DNA from: an uncultured Gemmatimonadota bacterium
GTDB lineage: Bacteria; SM23-81; DAOVCL01
Assembly (NCBI GenBank): GCA_964626665.1
Contig: CAZVGK010000006.1
Span: 32,001 to 96,000 of the forward strand
DNA: 64,000 bases
Direction of reading: 5' to 3'
Shown: one piece after another, positions 19,901 to 28,764 of the stretch
How the letters are laid out: each line of letters opens with the position of its first letter
How positions within the stretch are numbered: the first letter of the stretch is position 1
Notes under the pieces: model-generated
What the model saw: the letters and a program-made list of their open reading frames with translations, nothing else
Told to the model about the DNA's origin: nothing
Database searches by the model: none
Program-made: the position numbers and the translations under genes

Positions 19901-20734
19901 ATAGGGAATAAGTTCGGTGAGGCAATGTGTTACGCTAACTTAGGGATAACCTTCTTTGCTCGAGGGAAGTATTCCCAGGCCTTAAGCTTCTATCGGAAGG
20001 GTCTGAAGATGGCTCGGTTGCTGAGTAACTCCTCACTGCAGGCTACGTCTCACAACAACTTGGGAGAGGCCTACCTCGCCTTAGGGGAGGTGAAGGGAGC
20101 GAGGAAGGAGATAGAGGAGGTTATCTCTATAACGGAGAAAAGTGGAGAGAAGCGGCTCTTGGCGGAGGCTTACAATCTTTTGGGCAAGGCCGAGCTGACC
20201 ACGGGAGAAATCTCGCGGGCGGAGGCTGCCCAGAGGAAGGCCTTGGAATACTCCACCCTGTTGGGGGATGAGCGGTTCCGGGGGCGGGCCTTTGTCGATT
20301 TGGGTCACATCGCCCTGAGGCAGGAAAAGGACGAGGAGGCCCTGGGTTATTGTGAGGAGGCCCTTTCCATTGCGGAAAGGCAGGGAGCCAAGGAGCTTTT
20401 GGCCGAGGCTTTCCTGCTCAGGGGCCAGGTGGAGGGGCGGCGCAGTTGGGGCAATAGATCGAGGGCCCTGAAATTCTTGGAGAGGACGATCAATCTCGCC
20501 CAGGAGATGGGGGTCCCTGAGCCGAACTGGAGAGGCCACTACCAGATGGGCAAGCTTTATCAGGAAGGCAAGTTCCTCCAAAAGGCGCTGCGCCACTATG
20601 CAGAGTGTGTGTCCATATTCAAGTCCTCCTGCTCTCAGATCAAAGTGGAGAGGCTTAAGTGGAGCTATCTTGAGGAGAAGGGGAGGCGGGAGGTCTTCGA
20701 GGCGATAAAAAAGCTAAAGAAAATCGCTCCATAG
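16925..20734 (+). CDS. Ser/Thr protein kinase + AAA/STAND ATPase + TPR repeats
   Basis: LGEGGMGEVW, HYDVKPEN, GTLAYIAPE; FVGRAKEL, GERGVGKKR, DMQWAD, TGGNSLLLEE; many NNLGNIY-type TPRs. Confidence 0.92.
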   Translation: MRTVDGRYELVKKLGEGGMGEVWLVKDRENEGKEMALKAISPQVIGGKGSGCFQHEFELLSKLRHPNLVEVYDFGQAEVGCFFTMEYVIGEDLFSYAQKNPPSQLMEVVVGVLRALEYIHSRGLIHYDVKPENVRIGKKGQVVKLMDLGLAGEGGMTAAGRVKGTLAYIAPEIARGIEVDKRADLYSLGVTLWYILSGELPYGGKTPWEVMRSQVGKGGLAVPANFAPPWKDVLLKLLSPEPSERYSSANEVIRAISKLTGKKFPTETQETKISYILSGKFVGRAKELKRLTQIMKGRFTGDGGGEPALVLLKGERGVGKKRLLRELKYRAQLEGFSFYSGRCYEEGGDPYGPWAEILRRLVVTLNMEDPTLQPYSPELVKLLPSLIAAQPAPELEPGQEKLRLHETLTNFFGQISSAKPLLLNLTDMQWADEGTLEFLSYLARNSRQEKIFICCALQDGEGQPALIKGMEGEDYCQTISLDRLRTAEMEELIASMLGIKQVPPGLEGKVIKRTGGNSLLLEETMKSLSEEGIIYRQDGRWRCNSDRLTAFEVPGSVSGAVEKRLERLSPEELKVLRALAVINHPVELQLLWKILSLPPEGLHVVVADLEAKRLVRKSWHSGRPIGEISQQTTSNLVYSRIPAQERKTLHQKVGSVLEKGKVGAEELAYHFQRGLGGAKVATYCWKAGLRAKKLYSNESTISYFQSALENLGEEKRGLRAKILGELGEVFRHTGELEKAIQVYEQVLRDYGAELNQRPKVQLHIKLATAWENRSQYEKALAVLQEGREFLGEGAQGRLPAEIMADMAMVELRKGDFDSCLRLGQQGLQVLGSRKTCREGGLLYNVLGNAYFYRGEPKKAEKFYQKSLGIREKLGNQRAVSSSLNNLGNIYFMQGEHSKAVDYHTRSMEISERIGNIMGVSGSHINLGNIYQVGGQPSKALSYFQKSLEINQRVGDKNGQASCMNNIAGIRIDKGDLQGAADLFQSSQEIFRQIGNKFGEAMCYANLGITFFARGKYSQALSFYRKGLKMARLLSNSSLQATSHNNLGEAYLALGEVKGARKEIEEVISITEKSGEKRLLAEAYNLLGKAELTTGEISRAEAAQRKALEYSTLLGDERFRGRAFVDLGHIALRQEKDEEALGYCEEALSIAERQGAKELLAEAFLLRGQVEGRRSWGNRSRALKFLERTINLAQEMGVPEPNWRGHYQMGKLYQEGKFLQKALRHYAECVSIFKSSCSQIKVERLKWSYLEEKGRREVFEAIKKLKKIAP

Positions 20735-20759
20735 CCGAATATTATTAGAGGAGCTAATT

Positions 20760-23700
20760 ATGGGTAGAAGGAAGAGTAGAACCATAGAGGGGTTTTTCCG
20801 GGAGGTGGATGGGCAGATAAAGGAGCTGGAGGGCAGATTGGGCCCATTTCAGGGAGAGCCATTAGGGGAAGGGGGGGTGAACTTAAAGAAGATGTTGGAA
20901 ATCTCCCGGGCGATGAATTCCACATTAGAGCTCGCCCACCTCTTAAGCTATGTGATGGACAAGGTGGTAGAGATCACCAGGGCGGAGAGGGGTTTCCTTA
21001 TCTTAGTGGGGAAGGGGGGCAACCTGGAGTTTAAGGTGGCTCGCAACCTGAGCCGGGAGGAGATAGCCAGCGCCGAGTTCGAGATCAGCCATTCGATAAT
21101 CGGGGAGGTAGTGAAGACCGTCCAGCCTATGCTTATAGAGAACGCATTTGAGGATGGGAGATTTGCCCAACAGGTCAGCGTGAGGGATTTGGAGCTGCGC
21201 TCCATTATGTGTGTTCCTCTGCAGGTCAAGGGCAAATTAACTGGCGTGGTCTATGTTGACAACCGTTCCGTAGTCGGCCAGTTTGATCAGGATGACCTCG
21301 ACCTCCTCATCCTCTTTGCCAGCCAGGCGGCCATTGCCATAGAGAACGCCCGGCTCTATGAGGATCTCCACCGCTCCCAGGAGGAGATTAAGAGGTGGAA
21401 CAGGGAGCTGGAGAGGAAGGTGGAGGAGAAGACCAGGGAGATCAGAACCTCGGAGGAGAAATATAGAGCCTTAGTGATGAATGCCTTGGCTGGCCTTTAT
21501 ATATTTCAAGACAGCAAGTTCAAGTTTGTGAATCCAGAGATAGAGTCGATCACTGGATATAGTCGAGAGGAGATAATAGGAAAGAGCTTCTGGGAGGTAG
21601 TTGCTCCCCATGATAGGAAGCTGGTTAAGGAGAGGGGACTGAGAAGGGAGGGGGGAGAGAAGGTTGAAAGCCATTATGGTTTTAAGATTGTGAGGAAGGA
21701 TGGTGAGTTGCGGGATGTGGAGGCTCTGGCCTCCCGCATAAAGTATGAGGGGAAACCAGCAGTGCAGGGCTGGATTAGGGACATTACCGAGGAGAAATGG
21801 GCACGGGAACAGACAAAACGGGGGTATAATCGGGTTAAGGAGTTAACCAGCATTGCCGGCAGCATCTTACGGGAGAGAGACCTAAAGAAGATATTGGATC
21901 AAATTGCCACCGCGGTAAAGGGGTTTGCCGGTTTCGGGAGGGTATTGATCTCCCTTATGGATAGGGACTTCAACGGCCGTCTAGTCTCCTTCGTGGGCCT
22001 GACCAAGAGAGAGGTGGAGGAGGTAAGGGGGAAGAGTATGACCCCTGAGGAGAGGAGGATGGTCTTCAGTGACCGTTGGCTGTTGGGCGGTTCATATTAC
22101 ATTCCCCACGATCAGATGCCCTTCCAGGATAGGGGCATACCCAGCCGGGCACCGCAGGGGGGCTTCCTGGGTTGGCACCCCAATGACCTGCTTCTCATAC
22201 CCCTGCGGGGGACCAAGGGGAGGTTTATCGGTTACATCTCGGTGGATGAGCCAGATGATGGACGAGTCCCTACGGCGGAATCCTTGGTTCCCGTGGAGCT
22301 TTTTGCCAAGTTAGCCTCCGTGGCCATCGAGAACGCCAACCTCTTTAGCGAACTCCAGCGCCGGCTCCAGGAACTAAATACCCTCAACCGCATTGGTGAA
22401 GTTCTTAGTTCCACCTTGGAGCTGGATGAGCTGCTGCCGGAGGTATATAAGCAGGCCAGCAGGGTAATGGATACCACCAACTTTTACATTGCCCTCTACG
22501 ATGAGGGTTTAGATGAGATTGAGTTCGTCTTCACGGTGGAGGGGGAGAGACAGCTCACGGATCCTCCGGTGAAAAGGTGGGGCGGAAAGGGGATGACCGA
22601 ATATATCATTCGAAACAGGGCGCCGCTCCTCGTGAAGAGGGATGTTGACAGGTGGCAAAAGGAGCAGGGGATCGAAATGATTGGGAAGCCCGCCTCCTCC
22701 TGGCTGGGTGTGCCGATCATTGCCGGGGAGAAGGTGTTAGGGGTCATTGGCGTGCAGAGCCACACCCAGGAAAACAGCTATGATGAGGGTCATCTCGAGC
22801 TGCTCTCCACCATTGCCTCCCAGGCCGCGGTAGCTATGGAGAACGCCAGACTCTTCGATAGATATGAGATGAAAGTAAACCAGCTCTCCACCATCTTAGA
22901 GGTGAGCAGGAGCCTCTCCCTCACCCTTTCCTTTGATGAGGTCCTCTCCGAGATCGCCTCTGATGTGCAGGGGCTTCTCAAGGGTGACCTCTCCGTTCTC
23001 TACGTCTTGGAGGAGGGGGATATATTAAGGCCAAAGGCGGTGATGGGCAATTATGCCCAAGAGATAATCGCCCATTCCCTGCAGGTAGGGGTTGGCCTGG
23101 CCGGATCCGTGGCCAAGAAGGGGAGCGCGCAGATACTAAATGATCTCCAAAGGGCCAAGAGGGATAGGCTTCCCATTAAGTCCCCGCTGACCCAATCCCT
23201 CCTCTCGGTTCCCCTTCTCTCCAAGGGAAAGATACTGGGCGCACTTACCGTGGCTCGGTTGGGGGAGGGAAGGAAATTTGCCCGGGAGGAGCTGGAACTC
23301 TGTGAGATCTTTGCCTCCCAAGCTGCGGGGGTATTGGAGGATGCCCAGCTCTTCGATGAGATAAACCGCGCCTATGAGCAGTTGAAGCTTACCCAACAGC
23401 AGCTTGTGCAGGCCGGGAAGCTGGCCGCGGTCGGGGAGCTGGCCGCGGGGGTGGCCCATGAGCTGAATAACCCTATTGGGGGGATCTTAGGCTATGCCCA
23501 ATATGCGCTGGAGAAGCTGAATAGGAGGACTACCCTTACCGACCAGGAGCTGGAGAGCTTGCACAAATACTTAGACTACATCCAGCAAGGTTCCCAGAGG
23601 GTTAAAGGTATTGTGGAGAATCTCCTCCGTTTCTCCCGGGCGGACTCCTCCGGATTCGGAAGCCTGGACATAAACAAGGTGTTAGAGAACTCCTTTGCCT

Positions 23701-24140
23701 TTACCCAGCACCAACTGAAGCTTAGTAAGGTTGAGGTGGTTAAGGAGCTAAATCTGGAAGTCCCTGCACTGAAAGGGAATGCCAACCAACTGGAGCAGGT
23801 CTTCACCAACCTGATTATTAATGCTGGTAAGGCAATGCCCCAGGGGGGAAAGCTCCAGATTAAATCGGGTTATGATGTAAAGAGTTCAACGGTCAAAGTT
23901 GAATTTGCCGATACCGGATGTGGCATCCCCCAGGAGAACCTGAATAAGATATTTGACCCCTTCTTTACTACGAGGAAGACTGGAGAGGGAACAGGACTGG
24001 GCCTCTCGGTGAGCTATGGCATTGTGAAGAACCATCAGGGGAAAATAGAGGTGAAGAGTAAGGAGGGGGAGGGGACCAGGTTTGTTATCAGCCTGCCGGC
24101 TGGCGAAGCCTCGCCTCAAAGTGAAGGACCCACTGGGTGA
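20760..24140 (+). CDS. Multi-GAF/PAS sensor histidine kinase
   Basis: GAF-PAS-GAF-GAF-GAF then AHELNNP, QVFTNLIINA, DTGCGI, FDPFFTT, GTGLGL. Confidence 0.93.
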   Translation: MGRRKSRTIEGFFREVDGQIKELEGRLGPFQGEPLGEGGVNLKKMLEISRAMNSTLELAHLLSYVMDKVVEITRAERGFLILVGKGGNLEFKVARNLSREEIASAEFEISHSIIGEVVKTVQPMLIENAFEDGRFAQQVSVRDLELRSIMCVPLQVKGKLTGVVYVDNRSVVGQFDQDDLDLLILFASQAAIAIENARLYEDLHRSQEEIKRWNRELERKVEEKTREIRTSEEKYRALVMNALAGLYIFQDSKFKFVNPEIESITGYSREEIIGKSFWEVVAPHDRKLVKERGLRREGGEKVESHYGFKIVRKDGELRDVEALASRIKYEGKPAVQGWIRDITEEKWAREQTKRGYNRVKELTSIAGSILRERDLKKILDQIATAVKGFAGFGRVLISLMDRDFNGRLVSFVGLTKREVEEVRGKSMTPEERRMVFSDRWLLGGSYYIPHDQMPFQDRGIPSRAPQGGFLGWHPNDLLLIPLRGTKGRFIGYISVDEPDDGRVPTAESLVPVELFAKLASVAIENANLFSELQRRLQELNTLNRIGEVLSSTLELDELLPEVYKQASRVMDTTNFYIALYDEGLDEIEFVFTVEGERQLTDPPVKRWGGKGMTEYIIRNRAPLLVKRDVDRWQKEQGIEMIGKPASSWLGVPIIAGEKVLGVIGVQSHTQENSYDEGHLELLSTIASQAAVAMENARLFDRYEMKVNQLSTILEVSRSLSLTLSFDEVLSEIASDVQGLLKGDLSVLYVLEEGDILRPKAVMGNYAQEIIAHSLQVGVGLAGSVAKKGSAQILNDLQRAKRDRLPIKSPLTQSLLSVPLLSKGKILGALTVARLGEGRKFAREELELCEIFASQAAGVLEDAQLFDEINRAYEQLKLTQQQLVQAGKLAAVGELAAGVAHELNNPIGGILGYAQYALEKLNRRTTLTDQELESLHKYLDYIQQGSQRVKGIVENLLRFSRADSSGFGSLDINKVLENSFAFTQHQLKLSKVEVVKELNLEVPALKGNANQLEQVFTNLIINAGKAMPQGGKLQIKSGYDVKSSTVKVEFADTGCGIPQENLNKIFDPFFTTRKTGEGTGLGLSVSYGIVKNHQGKIEVKSKEGEGTRFVISLPAGEASPQSEGPTG

Positions 24141-24466
24141 GACCTCGAGTGTAAGAAGAATGTAGAATGAAAGAGCTATGGGCCCAGACAATAATCGGCA
24201 TCAGGAGATGCCTCCCACAACTTCTTGAAGATGGGACACGAATGCCTCGAATAAACGAATCTACACGAATGGGAGCCCCGTGTGTCGCAGATCGTTGCTC
24301 GTAAGATCGGGGAACGAACCGCAAAAACCGAATACCGAGAACCGATAGCAAAAAGCTGAGTCAATTAGGATTTGTGCTATTCGTCCATTCGTGGGATTTG
24401 TGTTCAAGGCCTTATCAACAACCCGTCAGGGCGGGGATCCTGACGTCACAGGAAAGGGGGTGAAAG

Positions 24467-24778
24467 ATGAGAGTTGACTTACAGAAGATAAAATCTGGGA
24501 TGAAACTTAGCGAGCCGGTCTTAAACCAACAAGGAGGCCTTTTACTCAAGGAAGGAGAGGTAATTACCCCTCAGCATCTTATGCTCTTTAAAACCTGGGG
24601 AGTTGGACAGTTTGAGGTCGAGGGTGAGTCTAAAAAGGAGGAGGGGACAAAGAAAGGAGAGGAGATAGAGAAGGAGGTTGAGGCCATATTCTCGGCCTCT
24701 GGTGGGGGAGAGATTATGGAGGAGATCAAGAGGGTAGCTAAAAAGATGAGGGCAGCTAAGGAGAGGAGTAGCCAATGA
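24467..24778 (+). CDS. Small hypothetical protein resembling N-terminal modules of HD-GYP/HDOD proteins
   Basis: IKSGMKLSEPVLNQQGGLLLKEGEVIT; ATGA overlap with the HDOD gene. Confidence 0.7.
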   Translation: MRVDLQKIKSGMKLSEPVLNQQGGLLLKEGEVITPQHLMLFKTWGVGQFEVEGESKKEEGTKKGEEIEKEVEAIFSASGGGEIMEEIKRVAKKMRAAKERSSQ

Positions 24779-25623
24779 ATGTAGGCCAATTGCATGGAAG
24801 GATAGAAAGAACCAGTGACCTTCCCACCCTCCCGGTCATCTACCAGAAGGTTAAGGATCTAGTGGATAACCCGCAGACTTCCGCATCAGATCTGGGCAAG
24901 GTGATTACCCAAGATCAGGTTCTTACCACGAAGCTCTTGAGGTTGGTCAACTCTTCATTTTATGGATCCCCCCAGAGGATAACCACGGTAAACCGGGCCA
25001 TCACTATAATAGGATTTAGGGCCTTAAAGGCTATGGTTCTGGCTACCTCTATCCTGAGGGCCTTCTCGCTGGATGGGAATGACGGCTTTCAGGGCGAGGG
25101 GTTTTGGCAGCACTCTATCGGGTGTGCGGTCGGGGCTAAGATAATTGGGAAGTATATAAAGTATGAGGAGCCTGATGAGCTCTTTGTGGCTGGTCTCATC
25201 CATGATATTGGGAAAGTGGTGGAGTATGTTGCCTTTGGTGCAGAACTAAAGGAGATACTGAGGATTACAGAAAAGGAGGGCATTTTCATCCGGGAGGCCG
25301 AGAACAGGGTTTTGGGGGCGGATCACGCCCAGATAGGGAGCATATTTATCCGCAAATGGAAGTTACCTCCCCAATTAATCGAGCCAATTACCTACCATCA
25401 TACCCCCCAGGAGGCCAAGGAATTCTCCCGGGAGGTGGGAGTGGTTCACCTCTCTGATATACTTATCAAGGCCTTGGGGTTGGGATGGGCGGGTGATTAC
25501 AAAGTCCCTCCCTTGGATTTAGGAGTGTGGGATAACTTGGGTTTGGCAATATCGGCCATAGAGCCTATTATGGAGGAGATGGAAGAGGGGTTCTGGGATG
25601 GGATCTCCATCTTAAAGGAATAG
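24775..25623 (+). CDS. HDOD domain protein
   Basis: LPTLP, DQVLTTKLLRLVNSSFYG, FWQHS, GLIHDIGK, WKLP, YHH. Confidence 0.92.
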   Translation: MNVGQLHGRIERTSDLPTLPVIYQKVKDLVDNPQTSASDLGKVITQDQVLTTKLLRLVNSSFYGSPQRITTVNRAITIIGFRALKAMVLATSILRAFSLDGNDGFQGEGFWQHSIGCAVGAKIIGKYIKYEEPDELFVAGLIHDIGKVVEYVAFGAELKEILRITEKEGIFIREAENRVLGADHAQIGSIFIRKWKLPPQLIEPITYHHTPQEAKEFSREVGVVHLSDILIKALGLGWAGDYKVPPLDLGVWDNLGLAISAIEPIMEEMEEGFWDGISILKE

Positions 25624-25670
25624 GCAAGGATCGGAGGATCAGGGGATCAGGGGAAAATGGAAATTATGGA

Positions 25671-25990
25671 GCCGTCAGATCCCCTGATCTGACAGCAGCT
25701 CCTTTCCCCGAGCGATCAGATGCCCTCATCTGACCGCAAAGGGTGGGTGACAGAATTGGGGTTCTGCCACCTCGATATGATCTTTCTATTCGTGCAGATT
25801 CGTCTATTTGTGTCATTCGTGTTCGAGTCCAGTGAACGGGCTAAAGCCCTATCAACCCCGGCTAAAGCCGGGTAGAAAAAAGCTCATCCTGAGCTGTCAA
25901 ATCCTCGAGTCTGACGGCAAAGGGAGATGGTGGCAGAATTGGGGTTCTGCCACCTCGATATGAGCGGTTAGATGCCCTCTTCTGACCGTC
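25671..25990. repeat. Cluster of REP-like palindromes inside the signalling cluster
   Basis: GGTGRCAGAATTGGGGTTCTGCCACC at 25746 and 25929, CCGTCAGA...CTGAC hairpins, and GGGCTAAAGCCC/CCGGCTAAAGCCGG. Confidence 0.8.
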
Positions 25991-26080
25991 TCTCCGACGA
26001 GCAAGAGTATAACCGACAATTAGCTGATTACTGATCACCGATCACTGTATTACTGGGTGAGCCGTTATAAGGAGTAGAAT

Positions 26081-27442
26081 ATGTCGATCAACCAGAAAGA
26101 AGGGTTGGAAGGAGAGCTAAATAGGGCTCAAAAGAGGATAACTCAGCTTGAGTTCACCAATCAATCCTTTCTTCAATCCCTTAGTCGATTGGAGTCCGCA
26201 GGGGAGTTCCAGGAGAGGGTCGAGTTATCCATAGGCCTGGATCAACTGGCAGAGATACTCCTGGAGGAGGCCGGAGAACTGATCAAGCTAGAGGTCTCTG
26301 CCCTGTTCCTGGTTGAGCCTCATTCTCAGGCCTTCAAACTGAAGTTATCCCGGCCTACGGATTCCGCCCCTCTCTCTCAGGAGGAGATCAAACAACAGAT
26401 AGAGACCGGTGTATTCTCCTGGGTGTTAAATCAGAGAAGATTGGCCGTAATCCCTTCCTTAGCCTTGGATGAGAGGAAGGGAGAGCTGATTATGGTCCCC
26501 CTCACCACAGCCAAGCGAACCATTGGGATGTTACTCGCCCTTGTCGGGGTGGCCGTTGATTTCATCCCCCAGGGGTCGCTTAAGCTCCTCTCAGTTATGG
26601 TCAAACAGGCATCCTTTGCCATTGAGAACAGTCAGTTGTATCAGGGCCTGAAGGATTATAGCCTTAATTTGGAGAAGATGGTGGAGGAGAGGACGCAAAA
26701 GCTAAAGGAGACCCAATCCCAGCTCTTCCGGTCCTCCAAACTGGCTGCGGTGGGACAGTCGGCGGCAGGAGTGGCTCATGAGCTGAACAATCCCTTAGGA
26801 GGTATTTTGGGGTATACCCAGTGGCTTCTGGAAAAACTGGAGGATGTCAACCTTCAAGGAGAGAATACTCACCAGATTGGGGAATGGTTGCAATTTATCG
26901 AAAAGGAGACCAAGAGGTGCAAGAAGATAGTAGGGGGGCTGCTCGGATTCTCCCGTAGCGCGGAGATGGATTTTAAACCCTTAGATATCAATCAGATTCT
27001 TCAGGAGACCCTTCTTTTCTCCGAGCCAAGCCTGAAGCAAAAGAGGATTAAACTGGTAAAAGGGCTTGACCTCTCTCTTCCTCAGATTAACGGGAATGCC
27101 GAACAACTTCAACAGGTTTTTACCAACCTGATACTTAATGCCCAAAAGGCGATGCCCCAAAGGGGAGTTCTTAAGATAAACTCTGAATTTGATCCCCAGA
27201 AAAGGGAGATACGGATAAGTTTTCGGGACACTGGGTGTGGCATACCGAATGAAATCCAAAGTAGGATATTTGAACCCTTCTTCACCACCAGCAAACCGGG
27301 TGAGGGAACGGGTTTAGGCCTCTCGGTGAGCTATGGAATAGTAAAGGGTCATGGTGGACATATAAAGGTGAAAAGCAAGGTGGGAAAGGGTTCAACATTT
27401 ACTGTCTTCTTGCCAGGGGGGGGGAACAATGTCCATGATTGA
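26081..27442 (+). CDS. GAF sensor histidine kinase
   Basis: AHELNNP, QQVFTNLILNA, DTGCGI, FEPFFTT, GTGLGL; AAGGAG RBS. Confidence 0.93.
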   Translation: MSINQKEGLEGELNRAQKRITQLEFTNQSFLQSLSRLESAGEFQERVELSIGLDQLAEILLEEAGELIKLEVSALFLVEPHSQAFKLKLSRPTDSAPLSQEEIKQQIETGVFSWVLNQRRLAVIPSLALDERKGELIMVPLTTAKRTIGMLLALVGVAVDFIPQGSLKLLSVMVKQASFAIENSQLYQGLKDYSLNLEKMVEERTQKLKETQSQLFRSSKLAAVGQSAAGVAHELNNPLGGILGYTQWLLEKLEDVNLQGENTHQIGEWLQFIEKETKRCKKIVGGLLGFSRSAEMDFKPLDINQILQETLLFSEPSLKQKRIKLVKGLDLSLPQINGNAEQLQQVFTNLILNAQKAMPQRGVLKINSEFDPQKREIRISFRDTGCGIPNEIQSRIFEPFFTTSKPGEGTGLGLSVSYGIVKGHGGHIKVKSKVGKGSTFTVFLPGGGNNVHD

Positions 27443-28418
27443 AGGGAACGCCAAGCTACAGGCCGAGACATTGGTCGAAAGTATGAAGGATGAGGAGATA
27501 AACTCCATCTTAGTGGTTGATGATGAGGAGATAATGAGGAGTTTCCTGCAGGATGTCCTTACTGGCGAAGGTTACCAGGTGGATATTGTTCCCACTGGGG
27601 AGGAGGCAGTGGATAAAGTTGGCGAGAAGAGATACGATTTGGTGATCACCGATATAAAGATGTCGGGGATTGATGGAATTCAGGTCTTGAGCCAGGTGAA
27701 GGAGATCAACCCGGCCACTGAGGTAGTGGTGATGACCGGATACGCCTCCTTAGAGTCTGCAGTGGAGTCTATGAAGATGGGGGCTGCCGATTATATTACT
27801 AAACCCTTCAACATTGATCAGATAAGGATTGTGGTGGCCAAGACCTTAGAGAGGAAGAAGTTGCGGCAGAAGGCCGAAGATGAGGAGTTCTACAAGCATC
27901 TTTCGCGCACAGACGGGCTGACAAACCTCTATAACCAACGTTTTATGCATCAACTGTTGCAGTCTGAGATCTCGCGGGCCAAGAGGTTTCGCCAATCCCT
28001 TTGCCTTCTTATGCTTGATATAGACAACTTCAAGGTATACAACGATACAAACGGTCACCTGGCTGGCGATCAGGCCCTCAAGCAATTGGCCTGGATATTG
28101 AACAAATCCGTGCGCAGTTGTGATATGGTAGCCAGATATGGAGGTGAGGAATTTGTGGTTATTGCTCCCCAGACCGACCTGGAGGGGGGGGAGATACTGG
28201 CTACGAGGTTGAATCGGTTGGTGAGGGAGACCAAATTCGCCAAGGAGGAGGTCTTCCCCCAGGGGAGATTGACGGTAAGCATTGGTGTGGCCTGTTTCCC
28301 TGAGCAAGCTACAGACGAACGGAGCCTCATAGAGAGATCAGACCAAGCCCTTTATCAGGCCAAATCCAAGGGTAGGGACCAGGTTTGTCTCTATGGAGGG
28401 GCTAATGAAAAGGGCTAA
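27429..28418 (+). CDS. Response regulator-GGDEF diguanylate cyclase (PleD/WspR-like)
   Basis: LVVDDE...TDIKM...KPF receiver; RSCD I-site, RYGGEEF; exact start uncertain. Confidence 0.92.
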   Translation: MSMIEGNAKLQAETLVESMKDEEINSILVVDDEEIMRSFLQDVLTGEGYQVDIVPTGEEAVDKVGEKRYDLVITDIKMSGIDGIQVLSQVKEINPATEVVVMTGYASLESAVESMKMGAADYITKPFNIDQIRIVVAKTLERKKLRQKAEDEEFYKHLSRTDGLTNLYNQRFMHQLLQSEISRAKRFRQSLCLLMLDIDNFKVYNDTNGHLAGDQALKQLAWILNKSVRSCDMVARYGGEEFVVIAPQTDLEGGEILATRLNRLVRETKFAKEEVFPQGRLTVSIGVACFPEQATDERSLIERSDQALYQAKSKGRDQVCLYGGANEKG

Positions 28419-28764
28419 GGTTCTCGTAGTTGACGATGAGCCGGTGATCAGGAGCCTCCTCTCCGATGTCCTCCGCGAGGAAGGCCTGGATGTGGTGGTG
28501 GCCAAGGGGGGAGAGGAAGGGATAAGTAGGGCGAGAAAAGACAATTTTGATTTAATCTTTACCGATATTCATATGCCCGATGTAGATGGGATAGAGGTGC
28601 TTAAGGTGGTCAAGGGGATGAACAGATCGACTGAAGTTATCCTTATGAACAGCTATCCGGATGGCCTGGAAGAAAAGGGTTTAAACTTAGGGGCCTATGG
28701 CTGTCTGCACAAACCCTTCGAGCTAAGGGGGTTGCGGTCTATCTTAGAGGATCTGTTGCCATGA
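28405..28764 (+). CDS. Single-domain response regulator
   Basis: VLVVDDE, TDIHMP, HKPF; ATG 28405 after GGAGG. Confidence 0.9.
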   Translation: MKRAKVLVVDDEPVIRSLLSDVLREEGLDVVVAKGGEEGISRARKDNFDLIFTDIHMPDVDGIEVLKVVKGMNRSTEVILMNSYPDGLEEKGLNLGAYGCLHKPFELRGLRSILEDLLP

